The notes: a model not told the origin generated them from the letters alone. Shown: positions 19,029 to 28,135, counted from the first letter of the stretch. The stretch is DNA of 64,000 bases from Gemmatimonadota bacterium (GCA_028873815.1 JAPPNN010000004.1:80829-144828); one strand, 5' to 3'. Translations and numbers: made by a program.

Positions 19029-20477
19029 TCAAACCGTCGCCTCCTTCCACTTCCCCCGCCTGAAGAGCAGCGCGGCGACGACCGCCAGGGTCGAGAACGA
19101 CACGGTCATGGCGATGAACACGCCGGTGGGACCGAGCCCGCCCGAAACGGAAAGAAACCACGCGAGCGGAATCTCCCAGAGCCAGAAGCAGAAGAAGTTG
19201 AGAATCGTGGGCGTCCACACCGCCCCCGCGCCGTTGAACGCGGCCGTCAGCACCATGCCGTAGGCGTAGAACACGAAGCCGATCGACACGATGCGCAGGC
19301 CCGTGACCGCGACTTCCGACGCGCCGGTGGTTCCCCCGAAGAGACTGACGATCGACGGGGCGAACGCGATGAAGAACACGCTGAGCGCCCCGAGGAACGC
19401 GAGGTTCATCTTGCACGCGATCCACGCCGCGCGCTCGGCCCGGACGGGATCGCCGGCGCCAAGACCCTGTCCGACCATGGTGGACGCCGCGTTGGAGAGT
19501 CCCCACGCCGGCAGGATCGCGAAGAGGATGATCCGTATCGAGATCACGTAGCCGGCCAGTGCCTCGGCCCCGGACATGGCCGTGACCCGTATGAGCCCGA
19601 TCCAGCTTGCGGTCGCGATGAACGTCTGCAGCATGCCCGTCGCCGAGAGCCGCACCAGCCGCGCCATGACCCGTGGCTGAATCCTCAGGTGGGGAAGGCG
19701 GATCCGGAGCTTTCCTCCCAGGCGGAGCAGGGTGTAGACCTGCACCAGGACCGCCGTTCCGCGCCCGATGGTGGTCGCGATGGCCGCTCCCTGCACGCCC
19801 AGCTCGGGGAAGGGGCCGAGGCCGAATATGAGGAGGGGATCGAGGACGATGTTCAGCCCGTTGGCGATCCAGAGCACGCGCATCGCGATCGCGGCGTCGC
19901 CCGCCCCGCGGAAGGCGGCGTTCTGCAGAAACAGCAGGATGATGACGACGTTGCCACCGAGCATGATGCGGGTATAGGGAAGACCCGTGGCCACGACCGT
20001 ATCGTCGGCGCCCATGAGCCGCAGGATGTCGGGGGCGTAGACCACGCCGGCGACGCCGAAGACGACGGCGAGCAGCAGCCCGAGCAGGATGGCCTGCGCC
20101 GCCCCCCGCGCCGCCCCGTCGCGGTCGCCTTCGCCGATCCGGCGCGCCACCAGGGCCGTGACGCCGATGCTCAGCCCCATCGCGATGGTGTAGACCAGCG
20201 CCAGGACCGATTCGGTCAGCGCAACGCCGGCCATCGCCGCGTCCCCGAGCCTGGACACGAAGTAGATGTCGACCACCGCGAAGAGCGACTCCATGACCAT
20301 CTCGAGGACCATCGGAATGGCCAGGAGGATGACCGCGCGCCGGATCGGTCCGTCCGTGGGGTCGCCGCCGGTGCCCTTTACGGCATGGACGAATACCTGC
20401 CACCAGCTCTCGGGGGCGCCTTCTGCTTCCGCCGTCCCCATCCCCGCCCGGTTGTGTTTTCCGTCGCCCGTGTCCAT
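19029..20477 (-). CDS. MATE family efflux transporter
   Basis: 12-TM profile. N-terminus ILLAIPMVLEMVMESLFAVVDIYFVSRLG and internal repeat LVRLSATGMLQ are typical of MATE/NorM. Start is uncertain (20477 or 20441). Confidence 0.85.
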   Translation of the reverse strand: MDTGDGKHNRAGMGTAEAEGAPESWWQVFVHAVKGTGGDPTDGPIRRAVILLAIPMVLEMVMESLFAVVDIYFVSRLGDAAMAGVALTESVLALVYTIAMGLSIGVTALVARRIGEGDRDGAARGAAQAILLGLLLAVVFGVAGVVYAPDILRLMGADDTVVATGLPYTRIMLGGNVVIILLFLQNAAFRGAGDAAIAMRVLWIANGLNIVLDPLLIFGLGPFPELGVQGAAIATTIGRGTAVLVQVYTLLRLGGKLRIRLPHLRIQPRVMARLVRLSATGMLQTFIATASWIGLIRVTAMSGAEALAGYVISIRIILFAILPAWGLSNAASTMVGQGLGAGDPVRAERAAWIACKMNLAFLGALSVFFIAFAPSIVSLFGGTTGASEVAVTGLRIVSIGFVFYAYGMVLTAAFNGAGAVWTPTILNFFCFWLWEIPLAWFLSVSGGLGPTGVFIAMTVSFSTLAVVAALLFRRGKWKEATV

Positions 20478-20557
20478 TGTGGCGCTAAAGCTAGCGCGAT
20501 TCGCGCGTACCGGTGGGCCGGTTTTCACCGCGGCGGCGCCCAGGGAGGAGCGAAGGG

Positions 20558-21712
20558 ATGGACAAGGGCACGATGAGTGCAACAGATCTCACGCGACCTG
20601 CAACAGATCTCACGCGACGGCAGTTCGTGGGGGCGGCTACGGTCGCGGTCGGCGGCCTGGCGCTCGGCGCGTGCGTTGCAGAGGACGGCGCCGACTCGAG
20701 CGGGGGCGGGTCCCCGACACCGCTCCGAATCCTCATCCTCGGCGGCACCAACTTCATCGGGCCCCATCAGGTGCGCGCCGCGGTGGCGCGTGGCCACGAG
20801 GTCACCCTGTTCAACCGCGGCATCACGAACCCGGACCTCTTCCCCGACCTGGAGACCCTGATCGGCGACCGCGAAGGCGACTTCGCCTCGCTGGCGGGAC
20901 GCGAATGGGACGTCGTGATCGACAACCCGGCCAACATTCCCCGCTGGGTCCGCCTTTCGGCCGCAGCGCTGAGCGGCTCGGTCGGCAAGTACGTCTTCGT
21001 CTCCTCCACCGGCGTCTACGTCCCGTACCTGACCACGGACATCCACGAGGACGCGCCCGTGGACACCATCGAGGATCCGGAGACCGAGGTCGTCGACGGC
21101 CGCACGTTCGGCGCGCTCAAGGCGCTGGCCGAGGACGAGGCCCGGGGCGCCTTCCCGGACAGTCACCTGGTCGTGCGCCCCACCTACATCATCGGGCCCG
21201 GCGACCCCACCGACCGCTACACCTATTGGCCGGTGCGGCTCGCACGGGGCGGCTCGGTGCTCGCGCCCGGCGACCCGTCCGACCCGATGCAGCATGTGGA
21301 CGTGCGCGACCTGGGCGCCTTCATGATCAAGGCGGTCGAGGACGACCTCACCGGCACCATGAACGTTGTCGGCCCGAGGGAGCCCCTCACGATGGGGACC
21401 CTGCTGGAGCGCACCCGCGCCGCTATCGGCTCCGACGCCACGCTCACCTGGGTCGACGCCGCATTCCTGAACGAGCACGGCCTCCCCGCCCTCACCTACT
21501 GGACCGAGCCCGCGGGCGACTACCTCGGCATGATGCAGGTCAACGGCGACCGGGCGCACGCCGCCGGCTTCGAGATGCGGCCTCTGGAACAGACCGCCGT
21601 CGAGACGCTGGAATGGTTCAACGCCCAGGACGCCGAGCGGCAGGAACTGCGCGCGGGGCTGCCGCCGGAGCGGGAGGCGGAGCTGTTGGCGGCGTTCCGG
21701 GGAGCGGCGTAG
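20558..21712 (+). CDS. NAD(P)-binding epimerase/SDR-like protein with Tat-type signal
   Basis: GGAGGAG RBS, TRRQFVGAATVAVGGLALGAC signal, then Rossmann ILILGGTNFIGPH. Confidence 0.75.
   Translation: MDKGTMSATDLTRPATDLTRRQFVGAATVAVGGLALGACVAEDGADSSGGGSPTPLRILILGGTNFIGPHQVRAAVARGHEVTLFNRGITNPDLFPDLETLIGDREGDFASLAGREWDVVIDNPANIPRWVRLSAAALSGSVGKYVFVSSTGVYVPYLTTDIHEDAPVDTIEDPETEVVDGRTFGALKALAEDEARGAFPDSHLVVRPTYIIGPGDPTDRYTYWPVRLARGGSVLAPGDPSDPMQHVDVRDLGAFMIKAVEDDLTGTMNVVGPREPLTMGTLLERTRAAIGSDATLTWVDAAFLNEHGLPALTYWTEPAGDYLGMMQVNGDRAHAAGFEMRPLEQTAVETLEWFNAQDAERQELRAGLPPEREAELLAAFRGAA
20579..20620 (+). repeat. 21-bp tandem duplication inside the signal-peptide n-region
   Basis: GCAACAGATCTCACGCGAC-CT followed by GCAACAGATCTCACGCGAC-GG, 19 of 21 nt identical. 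Encodes ATDLTRP-ATDLTRR; the twin-arginine pair exists only in copy 2. Confidence 0.9.
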
Positions 21713-21720
21713 GGCCCCCG

Positions 21721-24357
21721 TCAGTTCCGCAGTATCCGGACGACCTTCCCCTGCTCGTTCATCACCCGAATGGGGCCGCGAAGCACGTCGTTCTCCAGTC
21801 CGATCCGGTCTCCAGCCGGCGCGGGAAGGGCCGCAGCCTGGACCGGCACCGTGTAGGGGTCCGCCAGGCTGACATCGACCGTGTAGCCGAGATCCGCCAG
21901 TGCCTGGATGGTGATCGCACTCAGGGGACTGGAATCCGCCCCCAGCCCCGCGGAGGACGTCATGACTTCATTCCCCATCACCAATGTCCGCCAATGCGAA
22001 TCGTTCGAGTCCTGGGAACTCCTGTTCTCGACAGGCACCTTCCCTCCGCTCGTGTAGGCTGTTCCCCCGGCCGCGTCGAATGCCGCGATCGCAAGCGGGC
22101 CCGCGAAGTGCGTATCCGCACCCCAATTGCGGCGCGAGGAGTTCCGAAGCAGCCCCAGGTCGTCCCAGATCGTGCCGATGCCCAGTGCATGCCCGATCTG
22201 GTGAACCCCGACGGCCGGCAAATAGCCTTCGGCCACCGTTCGAAAGAGGAGTTCTTCATTGAACTTCACTACAGCCAGCAAGGGCCAATGTGAGCCTTCC
22301 CGTGTCCGGCAGGCCCCTCCCTGAGCCAGGAATCGCGGGTTGACGTCTGTAGTGACGGTGGCCAGCACGAGCAGATCCTCGATTTCGGCCACGCGAAAAC
22401 CGGGCCTGACCCCGAAGCACTCCAGATCGTCATCGGGGAGCACAACGGTCCCCGGGAAATCCGTCTGCGCCACGATCCGGCGCCAGCGCTCGACAGCCTG
22501 TCGCAACCTTTGCACCACGAATGGCGAGATATCACCTACGACCGCCAGTTCGATGTCGAACCCCTCCGGGTCGCCCGGCGCGATCACGTTCATTTGCACG
22601 GACTGTTCGGCGCGCAGCCCCTCCGGGTCCGTCGCCCTGATCGTGACAAACGCTGTCCCTTCCTCGATCGCCGCGAAGGTGACGACGCCACCTGAGAGAC
22701 CGGTCTCGACGATTCCGGGATCGTCCGGCACCGCTTCGTAGGTGAGCGAATCGCCATCCGGATCCTCGAAATAGGGGAAGGACAGGGCGACCTCGCCGGC
22801 CCGTCCACCCGCCCGAAGCCTGTACGGCGGGATCGCCTTCGCTGCGACGGGAGAACGGTTTGACGACTCCGAGAAAAGCACGATCGGGTCACCCACGGCG
22901 ATCTCGATGCCGGTAAAATCTCCCGACGCCTGCGGTGGCGGACCCGCGCTGACATGAGTGGCGGCGCCCGTGCCGGACGTTACCTCGAAGTCGCGGCTGC
23001 TCGTGCGTCCTGCCGTCAGGGTCACCTGCTCGGCCGAGAGCTCGCCTCCCTGGGCCGAGACGTTGACCGTCATGTCGAAGGGCGCACCTTCGTCGAGCCT
23101 CACAGCTACCGTGGCGGGCCCCGGCGAAAGCAGGTTGTCGTCGTCCGTACGCTGGACCCGCAGGCCGAGCGTGAACGGAGCACCGGGGCTGCCATGCAGC
23201 GTGAGCCGTTTCAGGCTCTCCAGCCCGGCAAAGATCCCCGCGGAAAGCGCCTCGAGCTCATTGTCGGCCAGGGACAGGACTTCGAGATTCGACAGGTCGC
23301 CAAACAAGTCGGAGGAGAGTTTGCCGAGGCGGTTGTCCTCCAGCTTCAGTACCCGGAGTAGCGTCAGGCCGCCGAACACCTCTTCGGGCAGCTCGGTCAG
23401 TTGGTTGAAGCCCAGGTCCATCCATGACAGGGCGTTAGGCCGTGCGAACACGTTCTGGGGCAGAGCCTCCAGGAGGTTGTGGCTCAGGTTTAGCGAATCC
23501 AGTTCCAGGAGTCCCGAAAACAGTTGCTCCGGCAAGGAACGGAGGTTGTTGTTGTCCAGGCGCAGACTCTTCAAGCCTGCCAAATCGGCAAAGAGGTGCT
23601 CGGGCAGCGCATCCAGGAGGTTGTACCGCAGATCGAGCCTTTCCAGACTTCCAAGCTGCGGGAACACGTCTGGAGGGAGAGATCTCAGGTTGTTTCCCAC
23701 CAGCTGCAGCCATTCGAGCCGCGCCAATCCCCTGAAAAGGCCCTCGGGAACGGAGGTGATACCGATGCTTCCCATATGCAGCTGCTCCAGGTTCGACAAT
23801 CCCTGGAACACCGTTTCGGGTAGCGACGAGATCTGGTTGTTGACGAGGCTCAGTCGCTGAAGGCGTGACAACCCATCGAAAACCCGCGGCGGCAGTGCTG
23901 TCAGTTCGTTTTCGTGAAGAGTCAGCCATTCCAGGCTCTGCAACCCGGCGAAGACTCCTTCCGGCAAGGTCTCGAGCGAGTTGAAACCCAGAAGCAGATC
24001 CCTGAGGCTCGTCAGCCCGCCGAACACGCCCGCCGGGAGTGTGGTGAGGCTGTTTCTGCTCAAATCCAGCCGGAGCATTCCGGTCAGGCCGTCGAAGTCA
24101 CCCTCCTGCAGCGACGTGATCCCGGTATCGTCCAGGTCCAGCCACGTTATGGCCGCCAGATCCCCGGAACCGACCAGCGTACAGCGCGGAACCCCCGCCC
24201 GCTTCACGATCTCGTCTTGCACCTGAGGGGTACGCCTGCAGACGTCGGATTCCTCAGGTGGCGGTTCGACCGGCGTGGGCTCTTCGACGCAGGCTGACGT
24301 GACGACCATAACCAGCGCGGCCCCGGCAACTCGTAACCGTCGGAGCATCGGCAGCAT
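21721..24357 (-). CDS. lipoprotein with about 13 leucine-rich repeats, a cadherin-like/Ig-like domain and a leishmanolysin-like (M8-type) metallopeptidase domain carrying HQIGH
   Basis: Lipobox VVTSAC. 24-residue LRRs (L..L.L..N.L..LP..vF.gL) span aa 70-388. DPDGDSLTYEAV...VTIRATDPEG is a cadherin-like module. The C-terminal VHQIGHALGIG...SHWR...EVMT...PLSAITIQALADLGYTV resembles bacterial leishmanolysin-like domains. Confidence 0.8.
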   Translation of the reverse strand: MLPMLRRLRVAGAALVMVVTSACVEEPTPVEPPPEESDVCRRTPQVQDEIVKRAGVPRCTLVGSGDLAAITWLDLDDTGITSLQEGDFDGLTGMLRLDLSRNSLTTLPAGVFGGLTSLRDLLLGFNSLETLPEGVFAGLQSLEWLTLHENELTALPPRVFDGLSRLQRLSLVNNQISSLPETVFQGLSNLEQLHMGSIGITSVPEGLFRGLARLEWLQLVGNNLRSLPPDVFPQLGSLERLDLRYNLLDALPEHLFADLAGLKSLRLDNNNLRSLPEQLFSGLLELDSLNLSHNLLEALPQNVFARPNALSWMDLGFNQLTELPEEVFGGLTLLRVLKLEDNRLGKLSSDLFGDLSNLEVLSLADNELEALSAGIFAGLESLKRLTLHGSPGAPFTLGLRVQRTDDDNLLSPGPATVAVRLDEGAPFDMTVNVSAQGGELSAEQVTLTAGRTSSRDFEVTSGTGAATHVSAGPPPQASGDFTGIEIAVGDPIVLFSESSNRSPVAAKAIPPYRLRAGGRAGEVALSFPYFEDPDGDSLTYEAVPDDPGIVETGLSGGVVTFAAIEEGTAFVTIRATDPEGLRAEQSVQMNVIAPGDPEGFDIELAVVGDISPFVVQRLRQAVERWRRIVAQTDFPGTVVLPDDDLECFGVRPGFRVAEIEDLLVLATVTTDVNPRFLAQGGACRTREGSHWPLLAVVKFNEELLFRTVAEGYLPAVGVHQIGHALGIGTIWDDLGLLRNSSRRNWGADTHFAGPLAIAAFDAAGGTAYTSGGKVPVENRSSQDSNDSHWRTLVMGNEVMTSSAGLGADSSPLSAITIQALADLGYTVDVSLADPYTVPVQAAALPAPAGDRIGLENDVLRGPIRVMNEQGKVVRILRN
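23194..24150 (-). repeat. 72-nt periodic coding repeats (LRR array)
   Basis: About 13 consecutive 24-codon LRR units are visible in the translation. Confidence 0.7.
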
Positions 24358-24369
24358 CCTGACTCCCCG

Positions 24370-25053
24370 CTACATCTCCGCCCGCCGGAAGATCGAGTGG
24401 CCCATCAGGTTCTCGAGCAGGGCACTGCGTGAGCGTCCGATGAGCACGACGGGCCCGCGCCAGCGCGCCTGGCCGGCCGCAGGCGGGCCCTCCTCGCGAC
24501 TTACCACGATCATGATCTTGTTCCAGTGGACCGGCACGGCGAACGGCACGCCGGAGGTCAAGGTGCCGAGCGCCTCGATCCGGTTCAGGTCCGGTGTGGC
24601 CACCCAGGCGACGTAGCGCGGAGCGTCGGGGGGTGGCGGGGCGCCGTCGGGGCGAGCCGCGTCGGAAGGCTGCGTCCCGCCCTCCAGCGGCGGCAGGTCG
24701 ACCACCAGGCGCAACTCCTGATCGAGGTGGCCGGAGCGCATCACCCCGAGGCCGAACGGCGACCACGCGCCCACCAGTTCGGCGAGGCCACAGCCCTCGC
24801 GGCCGGGCGCCGGACCCAGGTTGAAACGCGCCAGATCCGAGACTTCCGTGGTGGCGTGGTCCAGGACGGGCTCGCAGGGGGGGACGACGGGCTGGGCGGC
24901 GGCGGGGCCGACCGCGGCAGTCCCGACAGTGGCGATCCCGACGACGGCCGCGACCGCCAAGATTGCCAGGCGCGCCGCTGGAAACCGCAAACGTGCGCTC
25001 AATACGTGTCCTCGGACCTGGTGCAACCGGGGATCCTCACTGCGTGAGTACAT
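24370..25053 (-). CDS. hypothetical secreted protein
   Basis: Hydrophobic signal-like segment LAILAVAAVVGIATVGTAAVGPAAAQ. 12-nt gap to the LRR gene and 39 nt after the LVIVD gene. Start uncertain and no confident domain. Confidence 0.5.
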   Translation of the reverse strand: MYSRSEDPRLHQVRGHVLSARLRFPAARLAILAVAAVVGIATVGTAAVGPAAAQPVVPPCEPVLDHATTEVSDLARFNLGPAPGREGCGLAELVGAWSPFGLGVMRSGHLDQELRLVVDLPPLEGGTQPSDAARPDGAPPPPDAPRYVAWVATPDLNRIEALGTLTSGVPFAVPVHWNKIMIVVSREEGPPAAGQARWRGPVVLIGRSRSALLENLMGHSIFRRAEM

Positions 25054-25092
25054 GAATACCCACGCGTTGTATACAAGTTCCCGGGTTCCCTC

Positions 25093-26478
25093 CTACGGAA
25101 TCACCCGCCGGGGCGCGTTGTCCCAGTCCTGAACACTGGACACGTTGGGCATGCCCCAGTCGGCGCCGTTCCAGCCGTCGAAGCCGTCGAGCTTCATGAA
25201 GTGCACGCCGGTGGTGAAGTCGCTCACGACGATGAGGCCGTCGGCGTTGCGCACGTCGATCCCCCAGGCGCCGTTGAAGCCGGTGTTGCCTTCGCCCATG
25301 GTGCGGGGGTCGAGTCCGCGGCGCTCGGGGCCGTGGTAGGTGTCGAAGAAGCCCACCGTCGAGGGATTCTTCGGGTCGCGCATGTTGAACACGTAGAGCC
25401 CGTCCTCGAACGACGACACGAACACGTACGGCCAGCGCATCTCGTGGTTGTGGGTGAAGCCCTTCCAGTTGGGCGTCCACACCGCCATCTCCTCGTTGAT
25501 CGTCTCGACCTCGCCGGCAAGCCCAGGCTGCAGGTCGTAGAGGCGGACCGGCGAGTAGAGATACTCGGTCTGGCCGACAGCGTACTTGTGATCGGGCGTC
25601 GCGCTCATGGTGTGGGCGAGCTGCACGCCGAGCACGCCCACTATCGAGGTCTCGAGCACGGGGTTGGCCGGGTCGGTCACGTCGTAGACGTAGTAGCCGT
25701 CGAGCCCGGCGCCGTAGGCCATGTCCTTGCCCGTCGCATGGTCGAAGGCGACGTAGAAGTCGTGGTAGCCCTGCAGCATGCCGTAGGGGGACGGGGTCGC
25801 GGTGGAGGGCCACGGCATCCGGCCGACGAGCCCCTGCGCGCTGTCGCCCTGGATGAAGAGCGACATGTCGTAGACGTTGGCGTGCTGGCCGCTCGTGGTG
25901 GCGAACAGCAGCGGCGCGCCCGAGGAGTGCTTGTACATGAAGATGTTGTGAAAGCCGCCCGGGGTGTCGGGAGCGCGCATGCGGCCGACCTCGCGGATCC
26001 CTTCCGTGTCCGGAAGCGACGTCACGTCGAAGACGACCGCGCCCAGGTCGACGTTCGGCCCCCCGGGAGCGAACTGCATCGACTGTACCAGGTAGTAGCG
26101 CCCGTCGTGCTTGAAGTACTTGGGGTCCATCCCGCCGAGCCCGACGTGCAGTTCGGCGTCCTCGATCCGCCATTCGTAGATCACTTCGGCGTTGTTCGGG
26201 TCGTCGATCGAGATGACGTCGAAGCCGAAGGTCGGATTCATGATCCGGCTGGCATAGACGAACGGGCGGCTCAGTTCCTGCTCGATCTCGACATCCGAGC
26301 GGCTGAACTGCGGCCCCACCTCGAGCGGCACGTGCTTCAGGCGCTGCAGGTTCGAGGTGTTCTCGCGGTCGGGGCCCTCCTGGGCTTGCGCGGGCGTCGA
26401 CAGGAGCGCGGTGGCAACCAGCACGGCGGCCACGGTGGCAAGACAGGCGGCTCGGGTGAGCGGCGGACGAATGGACAT
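25093..26478 (-). CDS. secreted LVIVD-repeat beta-propeller protein
   Basis: Signal peptide ending PAQAQ. Repeated hydrophobic-strand motifs, including GLIVVSDFTTGVHFMKL and LYVFNMRD, are typical of LVIVD repeats. Confidence 0.65.
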   Translation of the reverse strand: MSIRPPLTRAACLATVAAVLVATALLSTPAQAQEGPDRENTSNLQRLKHVPLEVGPQFSRSDVEIEQELSRPFVYASRIMNPTFGFDVISIDDPNNAEVIYEWRIEDAELHVGLGGMDPKYFKHDGRYYLVQSMQFAPGGPNVDLGAVVFDVTSLPDTEGIREVGRMRAPDTPGGFHNIFMYKHSSGAPLLFATTSGQHANVYDMSLFIQGDSAQGLVGRMPWPSTATPSPYGMLQGYHDFYVAFDHATGKDMAYGAGLDGYYVYDVTDPANPVLETSIVGVLGVQLAHTMSATPDHKYAVGQTEYLYSPVRLYDLQPGLAGEVETINEEMAVWTPNWKGFTHNHEMRWPYVFVSSFEDGLYVFNMRDPKNPSTVGFFDTYHGPERRGLDPRTMGEGNTGFNGAWGIDVRNADGLIVVSDFTTGVHFMKLDGFDGWNGADWGMPNVSSVQDWDNAPRRVIP

Positions 26479-26560
26479 GCTTCCAACTCCTTCAGGGTAT
26501 CTGCGGTATCAGCCACTCAAGACTAAGGTTCTCGCCATGGTCGCGCGACTGGCCACAGGA

Positions 26561-26589
26561 TTGACAGCGATACGGTAATACGGTTAACA
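26561..26589 (+). promoter_or_regulatory. candidate vapBC promoter with tandem TACGGT(A/T)A operator-like repeats
   Basis: TTGACA at 26561-26566, a 17-nt spacer containing ATACGGTAATACGGT, then TTAACA. The -10-like hexamer abuts the first ATG, so the second ATG (26598) may be used as a near-leaderless start. Confidence 0.35.
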
Positions 26590-26864
26590 TGGTTCACATG
26601 AAAGCGACCATCGACATACCGGACGGTCTGTACAGACAGGTCAAGGCAGAGGCTGCCCTAAGGGGGGTCACCGTGCGTAAGGTCACAACGCAGCTCTATC
26701 GGCGCTGGCTGAACGAGGGGGAGCGCGGGGAAACCCGCGAGTCCTCTTCCGTCTGGCTTCGCTCCTGGCTGGAAGCGGCCGACGAAGCGATCAGACAGGC
26801 TCCGGCAGGCCCTTCCGCCAGAGAGGAGTTGGAGGCGGACCGGAACCGCCTTGAGCCGAAGTGA
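26589..26864 (+). CDS. vapB: type II antitoxin (VapB-like)
   Basis: 91 aa. KATIDIPDGLYRQVKAEAALRGVTVRKV is typical of small DNA-binding antitoxins. The stop overlaps the PIN gene start by 4 nt (GTGA). Confidence 0.7.
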   Translation: MVHMKATIDIPDGLYRQVKAEAALRGVTVRKVTTQLYRRWLNEGERGETRESSSVWLRSWLEAADEAIRQAPAGPSAREELEADRNRLEPK

Positions 26865-27283
26865 CAGCTCTCGTCATTGATGCGAGCGTGTGGGTCTCGG
26901 CCGCGGACCCGACGGATGACTTGTCGGAAGCCAGCCGGGCTTTTCTATCCCAGGTCGCGGCCCGGGAACTCCCGATCGTGCTGCCGGAGTTCGCGAAACT
27001 GGAGATCGCGTGCGCGCTGGCCCGGCGTCTGCGGAGCGCCGAGCACGGTCGCAGCCTTACGGATCAGATGCTGGAATCGCCCCGGATGTCAACGCACTCC
27101 GTGAACCGGGCGGTGCTTCGAGGAGCCATCGAACTGGGGACTCGAAACTACCTTCGCGCTGGAGACGCTCTCTACGCCGCCGTCACGCAGGCGGCGGAGG
27201 GCCAGCTCGTGGCCTGGGATCGAGAGCTGATCGAACGGGCCGGGGCATTCACTCCCGAGGCGTGGCTCGATCGTAGCGAGTAG
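26861..27283 (+). CDS. vapC: PIN-domain toxin (VapC-like ribonuclease)
   Basis: 140 aa. N-terminal LVIDASVW with the acidic Asp, later acidic residues (E..., DALY), and translational coupling to the antitoxin. Confidence 0.8.
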   Translation: MTALVIDASVWVSAADPTDDLSEASRAFLSQVAARELPIVLPEFAKLEIACALARRLRSAEHGRSLTDQMLESPRMSTHSVNRAVLRGAIELGTRNYLRAGDALYAAVTQAAEGQLVAWDRELIERAGAFTPEAWLDRSE

Positions 27284-27300
27284 AGGCTCGGACCGACCGC

Positions 27301-28131
27301 CTACTCCCCGGCCTGATAGAGCCCGCCCGCCTTGTCGGCGGACCGGATGATCCCCCGCACCATCGCCGAGCTGAACCCCCGATTCTCCATCTCGTTGAGC
27401 CCTGATATGGTGCATCCCTGCGGCGTGGTGACCTTGTCGATCTCCATCTCCGGGTGATTCCGGTTCGAGAGCAGCAGCGCCGCGGCCCCTTTCGCGGTCT
27501 GCGACGCCAGTTGCAGCGCCTCGTCGGCGTGAAAGCCGATCTCGATACCGCCCTGCGAGGCGGCGCGGATCGCCCGCAGGAAGAAGGCGATGCCGCAAGC
27601 GCAGAGCGCCGTGGCCGACGTCATCTGGTCTTCCCGGATGACAAGCGTCGAGCCCATGACGTCGAAGACCGCCCGGGCAACGGGTACAGCGTCGATTGAC
27701 GCCCCGTCGGCGGCCAGGCAGGTCATCGACTCGCCGATCGCGATCCCGAGGTTGGGCATGGCCCGCAGCACGGGGACCTCGGACCCGACCCAGCGGCGGA
27801 TGTCGGCGATCGACATCCCGGTGGCGGTCGAGATCACCACCTGCCTGTCGGCGTCCAGCGCGCGGCCGACACCCTCCAGGAGCTCTTCCATCTGCTGGGG
27901 CTGCACGCAGAGGATCACGACATCGGCGCCCTGCACCGCCGCCCGGTTGTCGGAGAGAGTGTGAAAGCCCGCCGCGGCCAAATCCCCGAGAAGCTCCACC
28001 CGCCTTCTCGTGACCACCACATTCCCGGGCTCGACGAACCCGGAAGCCGCGAAGCCCCTTGCTATGGCACCGCCGAGATTGCCGCCACCCAGGATGGCGA
28101 CTTTGTTGATCCGTGTCATTCCGCCGGTCAT
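27301..28131 (-). CDS. proC: pyrroline-5-carboxylate reductase
   Basis: VAILGGGNLGGAIARG Rossmann motif. C-terminal VTTPQGCTISGLNEMENRGF...A matches ProC. Confidence 0.9.
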   Translation of the reverse strand: MTGGMTRINKVAILGGGNLGGAIARGFAASGFVEPGNVVVTRRRVELLGDLAAAGFHTLSDNRAAVQGADVVILCVQPQQMEELLEGVGRALDADRQVVISTATGMSIADIRRWVGSEVPVLRAMPNLGIAIGESMTCLAADGASIDAVPVARAVFDVMGSTLVIREDQMTSATALCACGIAFFLRAIRAASQGGIEIGFHADEALQLASQTAKGAAALLLSNRNHPEMEIDKVTTPQGCTISGLNEMENRGFSSAMVRGIIRSADKAGGLYQAGE

Positions 28132-28135
28132 CGTG

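Noticed and set aside
17890-20403. Very long antisense or out-of-frame ORFs, for example 17890-20403(-), 35788-39273(-), 41682-44051(-), 31194-32810(-), 13808-15388(-), 15759-17402(-), 255-1271(-) and 20266-22293(+).
   Set aside because: Their translations are dominated by Arg/Pro/Gly/Ala runs with no motifs. They overlap genes that have clear family signatures on another frame or strand. These are typical shadow ORFs of GC-rich DNA.
26570-26585. Similarity between the vapB-upstream repeat (reverse complement AACCGTATTACCGTAT) and the ACCGAATA repeats near imuA.
   Set aside because: The phasing differs (9 versus 11 bp) and so does the core (ACCGTAT versus ACCGAATA). Most likely this is coincidental AT-rich promoter sequence, not one regulon.
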